Below, in pieces: positions 55,070-63,979 of a stretch of 64,000 nucleotides of DNA. The stretch comes from a virus. Made by a program: the position numbers and the translations under genes. The notes under the pieces are model-generated. The model had not been told where the DNA came from. It made no database searches and saw only the letters and a list, made by a program, of their open reading frames with translations. Location of the stretch: the IMG/VR virus record IMGVR_UViG_3300020048_000018, positions 64,001-128,000 of that record; one strand, 5' to 3'. The first letter of the stretch is position 1. Every line of letters begins with the position of its first letter.

Positions 55070-55612
55070 TTATTTTCCTTTTTTAGTATCAAGATTTTTT
55101 CCAAAATCCTTACCGTATTTTTCCACGTAATCTGAAACTCTTTCACCCATATAATCTTTATTCTCTTCCGTAATAATTGAACCATTAAGGGTACTTGTAT
55201 CTTCCAATTTAATGTGTTTCATTTTATTACTCTTTTTATAACTGTCAGAAATTACAGGGGAACCATCTTCTAAAAGGACATAGCCTTCCTTTATATAAGT
55301 TTCATATTGTTTTGGAGTTAAGTCAATTACCTTCTCATTTTCCCCTAATTCTGACAGTCTAATTTTTGTGTTATTTTCTTCCACATACTTTTCCCATTTT
55401 TTATATTCAATAACAACAAGAGAAAAAATTCCCATACCAACAATATTTACAACTGATAATATAATACCAAGTATCTTGAAATTAAATGCATATAAAATAC
55501 AATTAATAGAAATAGTAAAAATGAGAATTGATACTACAATAAACTCAATCCTACGACAAAAGAAGGTAATAAGATCCAGTTTTGTAAATTTCTTTTTTTT
55601 AAGGGTGATCAA
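55070..55612 (-). CDS. Membrane protein with two N-terminal TM helices
   Basis: ORF track. Confidence 0.55.
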   Translation of the reverse strand: MITLKKKKFTKLDLITFFCRRIEFIVVSILIFTISINCILYAFNFKILGIILSVVNIVGMGIFSLVVIEYKKWEKYVEENNTKIRLSELGENEKVIDLTPKQYETYIKEGYVLLEDGSPVISDSYKKSNKMKHIKLEDTSTLNGSIITEENKDYMGERVSDYVEKYGKDFGKNLDTKKGK

Positions 55613-55901
55613 ATTCTAACCTCGTAATAGTAAGAGTGACTACTGCGGTTTTTACATAATCCTCATTAAGCATATTGTCATTAAGGAAAAGTTTTGCAGG
55701 GTCTAAAATCTTTTCTTTAACAAGCCTGTTTAAAAAAATAGGAAGGAAGTCCGTAGCTTCAGTAGGTGTTATAAACACTTCTTTTGAATCCAGAGGGTAT
55801 ACACTTTGGATTGTCTTAAACAATTTTTTCTCTGTACGAATCATCAAAACTCTTGGTTGATAAAGATTTGATGATTCAGGTTGCTTAAAAATATTTTTCA
55901 T
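55599..55901 (-). CDS. Hypothetical protein
   Basis: ORF track 55599..55979; start moved to 55901 after AGGAG. Confidence 0.55.
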   Translation of the reverse strand: MKNIFKQPESSNLYQPRVLMIRTEKKLFKTIQSVYPLDSKEVFITPTEATDFLPIFLNRLVKEKILDPAKLFLNDNMLNEDYVKTAVVTLTITRLEFDHP

Positions 55902-55917
55902 AAAAGTCTCCTTAATT

Positions 55918-57591
55918 TTAAAGCAATGCTTGCATATTAAACTCGTCCATAACAGGGTCATTAGACTCTTGTCTAACATTTTTTGCTTCGTTGGTTACTA
56001 CGCATTGAGTAGTCAATAAGGTTGATGCAATTGATACAGCATTTGAAAGAGCAGTCCTTGTTACCAAGATAGGGTCTATTACCCCTGCATCAAAAAGATT
56101 TTGAATCTTATCATCCTTGGCATTATAACCATATTCAAATTTTTTCTTTTGAACCGATTCTACAATACCATCAATTGACTTAGATGCATTCTGAATAATT
56201 CTTTTAAGTGGTGCAAGTATTCCAATTTTAACCAGTTTATATCCTGCAAGAATAGAAGACTTGGCTTCATCATTATAGGACTTATCAAGTTTAGGTTCTT
56301 TCATTGATTTAGATATATGTGCTAAAGCACATCCTCCACCAACTACTACACCCTCACTAACTGCCGCCCTGACTGAGTTAACAGCATCCTCATATCGATG
56401 CTTAAGTTCTATCATTTCAATTTCAGTTGTTGCACCTACAAGAATAGTAGCAATACCACCATTGAGTTTAGCAAGTCTTTCTTTATATGAATCAATTTGT
56501 GATTGACTCATTGAATCTTTTTCTGTTTCCAATTCTGCAATAAGAATATTACAGTAAGCGTCAAGGGCATCATCATTTGTATTAGCTCCAGTTATTATTG
56601 TTCTTTGGGGCCACATACGAATTGATTCACAGGTTCCTAAATGTTTTACATCAAAGTTTTCTGGGTACAATCCGTCTTTGTATAAGGGTGATGCACTTGT
56701 AAGAATCGCAATGTCATCGGTGTAGTCCTCAATCTGAGTTATTGACCAACCGGGTGTTTTTACCATGCACAATTTTACAACACCTTTTTTTTGATTAGCA
56801 AGAAGGAATGCTTCAACTTCTTCCTCGAATTCAGGTGCAATAATAACTAGATTAATTTTCTGTTTAGAACAATAATCTACAACAGAAATAATATCCTTGT
56901 AGTCATTAATAGGTTTTAATGAAAGTAAAATTTTAGGATCTTTATATTCACATGAGCCATCTTTGAGATTTGCAAAGGCAGAACTGATATACCCTTTGCT
57001 CAACTCAAGACCACTTGAAAACTTTACTTGAGTTTTTTCATTTAAGGAAGTTCCTATTGAAACAATTCCTAAATCTCCAATACCCTCAAAGGCTTCACGA
57101 ATACTCTTTCCTACATTTGGGTCATTGTTTGCCGAAATCATTGCTACATTATAAATAGACTCGGCGTCTTTAATAACCCGTTTATTTTTTTCGAGCTTCT
57201 CAAGAATTTCTGTAAGTGCTAAGTTCATTCCGATTTTAATAAGGTGAGGGTCGTATCCACCAACACTTGAAACAAGTCTCATACCTTCTCTTGCAAATTG
57301 AGATGCAAGAACTGTAGCTGTAGTTGTACCATCCCCTGCAATATGATTTGTTTTAATGGCGGCATCTTTTACAACCTGACAACCTAAGTTCATATATTTA
57401 TCTGAGAAATTAATTTCTCTTGCAACAGATACACCGTCTTTTGTAACAATAGGATGAGTACCCTTGTCTAATAAAACATTCCTACCCTTTGGACCAAGCG
57501 TAGTTCCTACTGCTTCATCTAAAATATTAATGCCCTTCATCAAGCGTTCCCTAACTGAATCTCCAAATAATACTTCTTTTGCTATTCCCAT
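55918..57591 (-). CDS. groEL: GroEL-like chaperonin
   Basis: TLGPKGRNV, TKDGVSVARE, AGDGTTTA, ISANND, ERLAKL.GGIA.I.VGA.TE.E, GVVVGGG, GVIDP..V. Confidence 0.95.
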   Translation of the reverse strand: MGIAKEVLFGDSVRERLMKGINILDEAVGTTLGPKGRNVLLDKGTHPIVTKDGVSVAREINFSDKYMNLGCQVVKDAAIKTNHIAGDGTTTATVLASQFAREGMRLVSSVGGYDPHLIKIGMNLALTEILEKLEKNKRVIKDAESIYNVAMISANNDPNVGKSIREAFEGIGDLGIVSIGTSLNEKTQVKFSSGLELSKGYISSAFANLKDGSCEYKDPKILLSLKPINDYKDIISVVDYCSKQKINLVIIAPEFEEEVEAFLLANQKKGVVKLCMVKTPGWSITQIEDYTDDIAILTSASPLYKDGLYPENFDVKHLGTCESIRMWPQRTIITGANTNDDALDAYCNILIAELETEKDSMSQSQIDSYKERLAKLNGGIATILVGATTEIEMIELKHRYEDAVNSVRAAVSEGVVVGGGCALAHISKSMKEPKLDKSYNDEAKSSILAGYKLVKIGILAPLKRIIQNASKSIDGIVESVQKKKFEYGYNAKDDKIQNLFDAGVIDPILVTRTALSNAVSIASTLLTTQCVVTNEAKNVRQESNDPVMDEFNMQALL

Positions 57592-57615
57592 TTTAATTTC
57601 CTCTACTATGATATT

Positions 57616-58935
57616 TTAGTTGTTGTTTGCTTTTTTCAAGAGTTTCAGGTCTTCTATCCAAAGGTCTTTTTCAGTTTTCAAAGTAAGAACTTCAAGTTCT
57701 TCTTTCGATTTTACAAGGTCTTCCTCAAGCTTTTTATATTTCTCTGTAGTAAAACTATCAATCCTCATAGCCAAAAGAAAATCATAGGAGTCATATACCT
57801 TTTCATACTTACCTGCTACTAGAAGTTTTTCAATATCAGACTTTGATTTCTTATACACTATGAGTTTGTCAGACATTATTTCTTTTAGAAATCTAATCTT
57901 GTTTTTTAATTCTATACTCTTCTCAGTAAGATTTTTTATAAGATATTTCTTTCTTAGATCATAATATTTGAGTCTGATTTTAATAAAGGCTTTCATTAAT
58001 TCAATCTCATTCTTGAATACTACAATAGTATCCTTTTCAGAAATGCAGGAAAAGTTTTCGGTTTGCTTATCAACCAACTTCAAAGTCGATAGGATTTCTT
58101 CATCAGGAAGAGAACAAAACTCTCGGGTACATTTAATATCAAATCGGTATATTCCATGTTCTGACAAATCTTTATAAGATTTTATGAGGTCTTTTTCTAC
58201 CAGATTTTCCAGTTCTTTAATATAAGCATCACGCTCATAAGAAAAAGGTAAATCAGTTATAGTAAGCTTTGCATCACCCTTCTCGAATTTACCCACAATC
58301 TCAACTCTGTTATCACCCAAGATTATTACATTTCCATTAAAAGAATTTAAGGAGGGTGTAATATTTTTTACCTTCTTATCATTGAGAAGCTTTTCAAGAG
58401 CATCAATAACAAATTCAAGTTTTCTAGGTAAAATCTTCTGAGCATACCCAGAGCCAATTCCCGAGGAACCATTTACTAAAATAAGAGGTACTATAGGTAC
58501 ATAGAAAAAGGGTTCAATTGAATCACCCTCGAAAAACCGATAATTTATTATATTCCTATCATCAGGATTAAGAATAAGGTCAAACCACTTCGATTTCTTG
58601 GTAAAAATATATCTTGAAGCGGAGGCATTATGTGCTAGTGAGTTCCCAAAATTTCCCTCAGGGTCTAATAAATTACAATTATTACAAAAGTCTTGTGCCA
58701 GACCAACAGTAGCACCTTCAAGTGATACGGCTCCATGTAAATAAGAAGTCAACTCAGCCGCTGATGAAGCTAAATTGGCTACTTTCATATTTTGAGTAAT
58801 GTTTCGCTTGTCAACAGTAAAAATTAATTTTCTTGTTGAGGGTTTTAATCCATCTACAAAATTAGCAATACCTCGGAACGAAGAATAAAGACTAAAATCC
58901 TTAAACTGATTGAGAAAGAAATGTGATATTTTCAT
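57616..58935 (-). CDS. Type IIA DNA topoisomerase, breakage-reunion subunit (T4 gp52-like)
   Basis: DGLKPS.RK, YLHG..SL, GNFG, ASASRYI (catalytic Tyr), P.ILVNGSSGIGSG. Confidence 0.93.
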   Translation of the reverse strand: MKISHFFLNQFKDFSLYSSFRGIANFVDGLKPSTRKLIFTVDKRNITQNMKVANLASSAAELTSYLHGAVSLEGATVGLAQDFCNNCNLLDPEGNFGNSLAHNASASRYIFTKKSKWFDLILNPDDRNIINYRFFEGDSIEPFFYVPIVPLILVNGSSGIGSGYAQKILPRKLEFVIDALEKLLNDKKVKNITPSLNSFNGNVIILGDNRVEIVGKFEKGDAKLTITDLPFSYERDAYIKELENLVEKDLIKSYKDLSEHGIYRFDIKCTREFCSLPDEEILSTLKLVDKQTENFSCISEKDTIVVFKNEIELMKAFIKIRLKYYDLRKKYLIKNLTEKSIELKNKIRFLKEIMSDKLIVYKKSKSDIEKLLVAGKYEKVYDSYDFLLAMRIDSFTTEKYKKLEEDLVKSKEELEVLTLKTEKDLWIEDLKLLKKANNN

Positions 58936-58945
58936 ATAGTATAGA

Positions 58946-59527
58946 TTAACATAAAGGGCTTAATTTATTCTTCTGAAGGTGGTCACGACATTTCTTGCAT
59001 AAAACCTTGTACACTGTATCACCCACTTCAATATCTGAGGTCTTAGTTCCTGTATGAAAGGAATAATTACCTAATTGAGAACCACATTCCATACAAACCC
59101 CATTGAGTTTAATTATTGTCTCACAATATGGAAGGAGCTTTGCCACTTCTTCAAATACAATGTTATCTGAGGAAGCAAGAAGTCCTGCATAATAAACGTC
59201 CATCATATCTCCAAAGAGATCCGCAATTTTATATACGTCTTTAATCATGAAACATTCATCAATGAAGACTGAATCAATTTCATCTCTCACTAAAATATTT
59301 AGACCTTCTTCATCTCGTAAGTCCTCAAATTTATCAATTTTAATAACCTTGATATCGTAATTGTTGTATCCGATGTTTACTGCATCTGAATGTGAAAAAT
59401 ATGACCTATCATCTTTCACTGGTCTAATTAAAATAATTTTCTTTTTCGCAAATAGATTCCTTTCTATATGCTTAAACAGCTCAGAACTCTTAAATGAAAA
59501 CATGGGGCCTGTAATAAATGTAACCAT
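58946..59527 (-). CDS. tdk: Thymidine kinase (type II) with altered P-loop
   Basis: GPMFSFKSSEL, FIDECF, CMECG...CKKC Zn site. Confidence 0.8.
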   Translation of the reverse strand: MVTFITGPMFSFKSSELFKHIERNLFAKKKIILIRPVKDDRSYFSHSDAVNIGYNNYDIKVIKIDKFEDLRDEEGLNILVRDEIDSVFIDECFMIKDVYKIADLFGDMMDVYYAGLLASSDNIVFEEVAKLLPYCETIIKLNGVCMECGSQLGNYSFHTGTKTSDIEVGDTVYKVLCKKCRDHLQKNKLSPLC

Positions 59528-60043
59528 AAACTCTCCTTTTCCTAATCAAAATTATATTAACATAAAATTGAAAACCTGTTAAAAACACAAGAATTTCCAA
59601 AGTGTGGAACATATGGGTAAGAAGATGATGTACCATGACTACCAAATATGTGACGAGGTTACTTAAAGAGGCTATAAATAGGATTTTAGAGCTATAGAGC
59701 TTGTCTTACTGAATATAGAAAATAGCTTAACAAATCTGGAGGCGAAAAGTTTAAAATTTTTTTGAGTCCTGAAATTTTTATTTTTACTTTTTTTTAAAAC
59801 TTTACAAACCTATTTTATTTGTCATTTTTTAGTGTCTATACTAATTAAAAATAAATGTTAATCTCTAGTAAAGGGAAACCTATTAAAGGCGAACAACTAA
59901 TTAATATAACCCACTACATAGTGGTAAACGACATATATGCTACGGTAAATCAATATTTGATTGTTAGAACAAAATCTACTATTAAATATTTGAGATAGTT
60001 CTCTTCGTATGAAGGAACACATTTATTTTCTTGGAGTCTCATT

Positions 60044-60595
60044 ATGAAAAATGGACACAGCTACGATTCACCCTTTTCTTTCTTTGATGATGTAATGGAT
60101 ATTTTCAATTCATCAGTCGCAAGAACCCAACACACAGGTAACAATTCGTTCCCTCAACAAAGTCCAGATTGGGTTATCAAACAAGTATTTCCTATTGGAA
60201 ATATTTTTGATACTGTAAGCAAGCTACCAAATTGTTTGGTTTCTTCTGCTTACCCTCCCTCAAATGTTTTTATTGATAAGGATAAAAATTACCGAATTCA
60301 ATGTGCTTGTGCAGGATATGATGAAAATTCGATTGGTCTTGATTTTGATAAAGACCATTTGGTAATTACATTATTAGGGGATTCACCTTTTGAGGCTTCT
60401 GAAATAATGCTTCAATCTGGGGTAAAAAGTAAAACTAAGGATTACAAAGTAAATTTCTTTATTGATACGAGAAATTTTGATGTAGAAAAACTAGAGTCTT
60501 CAATGGCTAATGGGCTTCTTGACATTAAGATTCCTGCGGTACCTACCAAGAAATTCACCGTTGGTGTAGGAAAACCTCTCTCAAAAGCTGAGTAA
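60044..60595 (+). CDS. Hsp20 / alpha-crystallin small heat shock protein
   Basis: YPPSNV, YRIQCACAGY, SSMANGLLDIKIP. Confidence 0.85.
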   Translation: MKNGHSYDSPFSFFDDVMDIFNSSVARTQHTGNNSFPQQSPDWVIKQVFPIGNIFDTVSKLPNCLVSSAYPPSNVFIDKDKNYRIQCACAGYDENSIGLDFDKDHLVITLLGDSPFEASEIMLQSGVKSKTKDYKVNFFIDTRNFDVEKLESSMANGLLDIKIPAVPTKKFTVGVGKPLSKAE

Positions 60596-60603
60596 TCAGG
60601 AAA

Positions 60604-60627
60604 GGGAACTACAGAAATGTGGTTCCC
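60604..60627 (+). terminator. GAAA-capped hairpin after Hsp20 (terminator-like, weak U tail)
   Basis: GGGAACTACA-GAAA-TGTGGTTCCC. Confidence 0.6.
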
Positions 60628-60769
60628 TATCATTTTAAAAGGTAACAACTAATTACCTGAGCTTACCACAAAAAGCGAAAGCAGAGTAAAATCTGTAATA
60701 GATTTCTCGTATGAGTAAATCTTAATGTGAGCAGAGATTAAGACCTAATCTCAAAAAGGAAAAAGAAAA

Positions 60770-61930
60770 ATGGTAGATTTTTCAAAATATGTAAAGATGT
60801 ACGAGAGCTATAAAGATCGTAACGACTTAGGGACTGGCATTACTCGTTCTGAGATTAAAGAACTTCGTGAGTCATATGCTACTGAGTCTAAGAAAGAACG
60901 TATCATGGAATCAAGACGTGGAACCGGTTATGCCAAGAGACTTGAGGAAAATGCTAAGGTAGATTCTGAACGCAAATCCCTTAAAGAAAAAGCTGATCTC
61001 AAAGATTCACGTATGGAAAGAATTAATGCTCTCCGTGAAGCTCGTGAGAACTCGGTTGTTGCTCCAGTAAAAGGTGTAGATAAAGTAGTTGCTACTCTTG
61101 ATGAAAAGAAAGCCCAAGAAGCTCGTTCTGCAAGAATTCAATCAATCCGTGAAGCTCGTGTTGCAAAACCTGCAACCTCTTCTGTTGAAAAGAAACCTGT
61201 ATCCAATGTAAATGAGAAAATCAATGAAGCTCGTTCTGCATACTTCAAAGCAAGAAAAGCTCTTCGTGAAGGTGACATGGGTATGGCAGGTGAACAAGCT
61301 GGAATCGCAACACAAGCTGTAGACGCTGTGAATGTAAACCAGACTGTAGTAAGCCCAGAAGTACTTGCAATTATCGAAGACCTTAAGAACAAAGTTGATA
61401 ATCTTGCTACCACTGTAGGTATCGTACCTGCTGATACTGGCATGACCGCAGAAGCTGACCCGAACGCTGGAGTTCCTGCACAAGTAGGACAACCTCTTGA
61501 CCAAGTTCAGGTTATGGAATCCGCTCAGTTGACTGCTGTAAAAGCAAGAATTGCTGAACGTAAAGCTATGATGGCTAAGACTTCTGCCGAAGTAGAAGCT
61601 CTTAATGAATCAGAAGCTGGACAAGCACAGATACTTGCAGTAATGAAAGCAACAACCCCAAAGGATATGAGCTTGGCAACTGTTGACAAGAAAGAATCCG
61701 TTCTTCCTAAGATGCCCTCAGTAGCAGAAATCGTAAAAGGTACTGCAAAAGGTGTTGAAAGATGGCCCAACAAAGCAATTAAGAAAGACCCTTCTGCCGC
61801 TTTACTCGGAAAAGGTATCACGATTAATGAAGCTGAAAAACCATTAGACGAACAAATGGTTGACAAAGTTCTGAATGAAGAAAAACTTAATTTCAGAGAT
61901 ATTTATAGAAATGGTGCTCTTACCAAATAA
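60770..61930 (+). CDS. Helical low-complexity protein with many (L/I/M)xE motifs; possible prohead core/scaffold or internal head protein
   Basis: LRES, IMES, LREAR, IREAR, INEAR, LREG, VMES, LNES; ACTAATTA at 60648. Confidence 0.55.
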   Translation: MVDFSKYVKMYESYKDRNDLGTGITRSEIKELRESYATESKKERIMESRRGTGYAKRLEENAKVDSERKSLKEKADLKDSRMERINALREARENSVVAPVKGVDKVVATLDEKKAQEARSARIQSIREARVAKPATSSVEKKPVSNVNEKINEARSAYFKARKALREGDMGMAGEQAGIATQAVDAVNVNQTVVSPEVLAIIEDLKNKVDNLATTVGIVPADTGMTAEADPNAGVPAQVGQPLDQVQVMESAQLTAVKARIAERKAMMAKTSAEVEALNESEAGQAQILAVMKATTPKDMSLATVDKKESVLPKMPSVAEIVKGTAKGVERWPNKAIKKDPSAALLGKGITINEAEKPLDEQMVDKVLNEEKLNFRDIYRNGALTK

Positions 61931-61946
61931 GATGATGTAAAATTAT

Positions 61947-61977
61947 AGGGGTCTCTATTTTTGGAGACCCCTTTTTT
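61947..61977 (+). terminator. Intrinsic terminator
   Basis: GGGGTCTCT-ATTTTT-GGAGACCCC then T run. Confidence 0.85.
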
Positions 61978-61994
61978 ATGTTAATATAATTGAT

Positions 61995-62744
61995 ATGAAT
62001 ATTAAAAATAAGTTTGGTTTTACTTCTTTCTCTATGGTAGATTCACCTAATGGTACAATTTCTTCTGTTATATATACACTAGGTTGTACAATGAGATGCA
62101 ATTATTGTTACAATAATACTTTGGTTTTGCCAGAGCTTTTTTCCTCAAATGACCCTCTATATTCAAAAGAAGAAATAAAGAGTTTAATACTTTCTAAAAG
62201 AACCTTAAACACTAAAAATAATACTTTTTTTAATAAATCAGATTATATTGTCCTTTCTGGTGGAGAACCTTTAATGCATTATGATGATGTAGTAGACTTC
62301 GCCATTTATGCAAAGTCTTTGGGATTTAAGGTTAAATTAAATACTAATTCATCTATTGATGTAACAAGACTTTTAGAAACAAAGTCGGTTGACTATGTTT
62401 CAATAGATTTTAAATTCCCCTTTCAGGATTACAATAATGAAAGTGTCCAACAAAATTTTAAGTATATACAACAGTCAAAAACTAAAAAACTTATTAATGA
62501 ATTCGAAATTCATACTGTTATATTAAAAGGTTTTATTGATAAAGAAACCATTATTAAAATGGCTGAGGAACTCAATACCTTAAGTATTTCTGCTTCTTGG
62601 TATCTGGTAGGTTACAAACATATGGACACGGTTCTTGATAAAACACTTTCCCCCAATAACCGATTTTTTGAGCCTGAAGCAAAAGAACTTTACCAAACTG
62701 CTCTTATGCATTATAATGGAAAAGTAATTCTTTCGGGATACTAA
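61995..62744 (+). CDS. Radical SAM protein, anaerobic RNR activating enzyme (NrdG)-like
   Basis: GCTMRCNYCYN (CxxxCxxC), LSGGEP, KLNTN, SIDFK. Confidence 0.8.
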   Translation: MNIKNKFGFTSFSMVDSPNGTISSVIYTLGCTMRCNYCYNNTLVLPELFSSNDPLYSKEEIKSLILSKRTLNTKNNTFFNKSDYIVLSGGEPLMHYDDVVDFAIYAKSLGFKVKLNTNSSIDVTRLLETKSVDYVSIDFKFPFQDYNNESVQQNFKYIQQSKTKKLINEFEIHTVILKGFIDKETIIKMAEELNTLSISASWYLVGYKHMDTVLDKTLSPNNRFFEPEAKELYQTALMHYNGKVILSGY

Positions 62745-62763
62745 AACCCTTTGGAGGTTTATA

Positions 62764-63303
62764 ATGAGTAGATCACTTAAGAAAGTTGCTTCGGGCAATC
62801 GTCATGCAAGTGATAAATATACAAAACAAAAAGCCTCCCGAAAAGTAAGACGAAAAAATAATATCTGTTTAAATTCATTTGAATCCAGTAACGATGAAGA
62901 CTTAATAGCCTTACGGGACTCTAAGGAACTTTGTTCTGTAGCATGGAGTGGAGAAAAAGAATCTTGCCATGGGGTATATACCGAGAAAGAATCTAGGAAA
63001 TATATCTTAAAAGAAATTGAATATGCTAAGAGAGAAATCTCTATGGGCAGATGGGAAAAGATTCGTAAATATGTCCTTAATGTTGACGCAGAGGATTATT
63101 GGGATGGTCACTATTTACATTCTTGGAGACAATTACCTAAGAGACCTTGGGACACTATTAAAAAAAATATTTTCTATAATTGGAACAACAAACTCTTAGT
63201 AGTCTTAAAGATTAAAGTTCCAAGTGACCTCTGGAAAATAACTGATAAAGACATAGAAAAAGCTGTTAAATTAACTCACAAATTTGAGTATTTAATGAAA
63301 TAG
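62764..63303 (+). CDS. Hypothetical basic protein
   Basis: ORF track; GGAGG RBS. Confidence 0.6.
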   Translation: MSRSLKKVASGNRHASDKYTKQKASRKVRRKNNICLNSFESSNDEDLIALRDSKELCSVAWSGEKESCHGVYTEKESRKYILKEIEYAKREISMGRWEKIRKYVLNVDAEDYWDGHYLHSWRQLPKRPWDTIKKNIFYNWNNKLLVVLKIKVPSDLWKITDKDIEKAVKLTHKFEYLMK

Positions 63304-63355
63304 TTTCAAGAGTTTATGTTAATATATCCTTATCACGTTTAAGGATGTATTAAGT

Positions 63356-63979
63356 ATGAGTTCACTTGAGTTATTGAAAATTAGAAATGTAAAAAGTCCA
63401 AATAGGGGAACCTCTCATTCAGCAGGAATAGATTTTTATATGCCCGAGTTTGATGAGGATTTCCTTATGGAAATGTTTATGAAAAATAAAAAAGTTTTTT
63501 ATTTTATGGCATTAAACTCTTTATCAATCAAAGATTTTGAGACTTTTGTAGAAAGTGTTAGTTTGGATATAACTAAAGATGTTTTGATTGGAATAAAACT
63601 ATTATGCAAACAAGATAATACTGAGTTTTATTTTGAGTTACCTGCTCTCAAGGATTTCTTAATTCCTTCTGGAATTAAAACTAAGTTTCTCAATGGTGTC
63701 TTTATTGCCTTTAATAAAGGTGGAGTTGCCACAAAACAGAAGCTTACCGTTGGAGCCTGTGTTGATGATGAAGATTTTATGGGAGAACTCTTTATTCATG
63801 TCGTGAATAGCTCTGATGAACCTCAGAGAATTACCCTTGGAAATAAACTTGTACAGTTCTTGTATATGCCAATAAACTATGATATTCCTGTAATCAAAGA
63901 AAATATTACCTCAGAGGAATTTTATGTAAAAGTAACAGACCGTGGAGAAGGTTGCTTAGGTTCCACCAGTATTAAATAG
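63356..63979 (+). CDS. dut: dUTPase (trimeric type) with internal insertion
   Basis: SAGIDF, IPSGI, GACVDDEDFMGE, KLVQ, DRGEGCLGST. Confidence 0.9.
   Translation: MSSLELLKIRNVKSPNRGTSHSAGIDFYMPEFDEDFLMEMFMKNKKVFYFMALNSLSIKDFETFVESVSLDITKDVLIGIKLLCKQDNTEFYFELPALKDFLIPSGIKTKFLNGVFIAFNKGGVATKQKLTVGACVDDEDFMGELFIHVVNSSDEPQRITLGNKLVQFLYMPINYDIPVIKENITSEEFYVKVTDRGEGCLGSTSIK

Noticed and set aside
52182-58935. Host chromosomal gyrase/groEL region
   Set aside because: The subunits are short, T4-like and separated by phage-type hypotheticals, with no groES or other housekeeping context.
60770-61930. Major capsid protein
   Set aside because: Low-complexity helical sequence with no HK97-fold motifs I can recognise.
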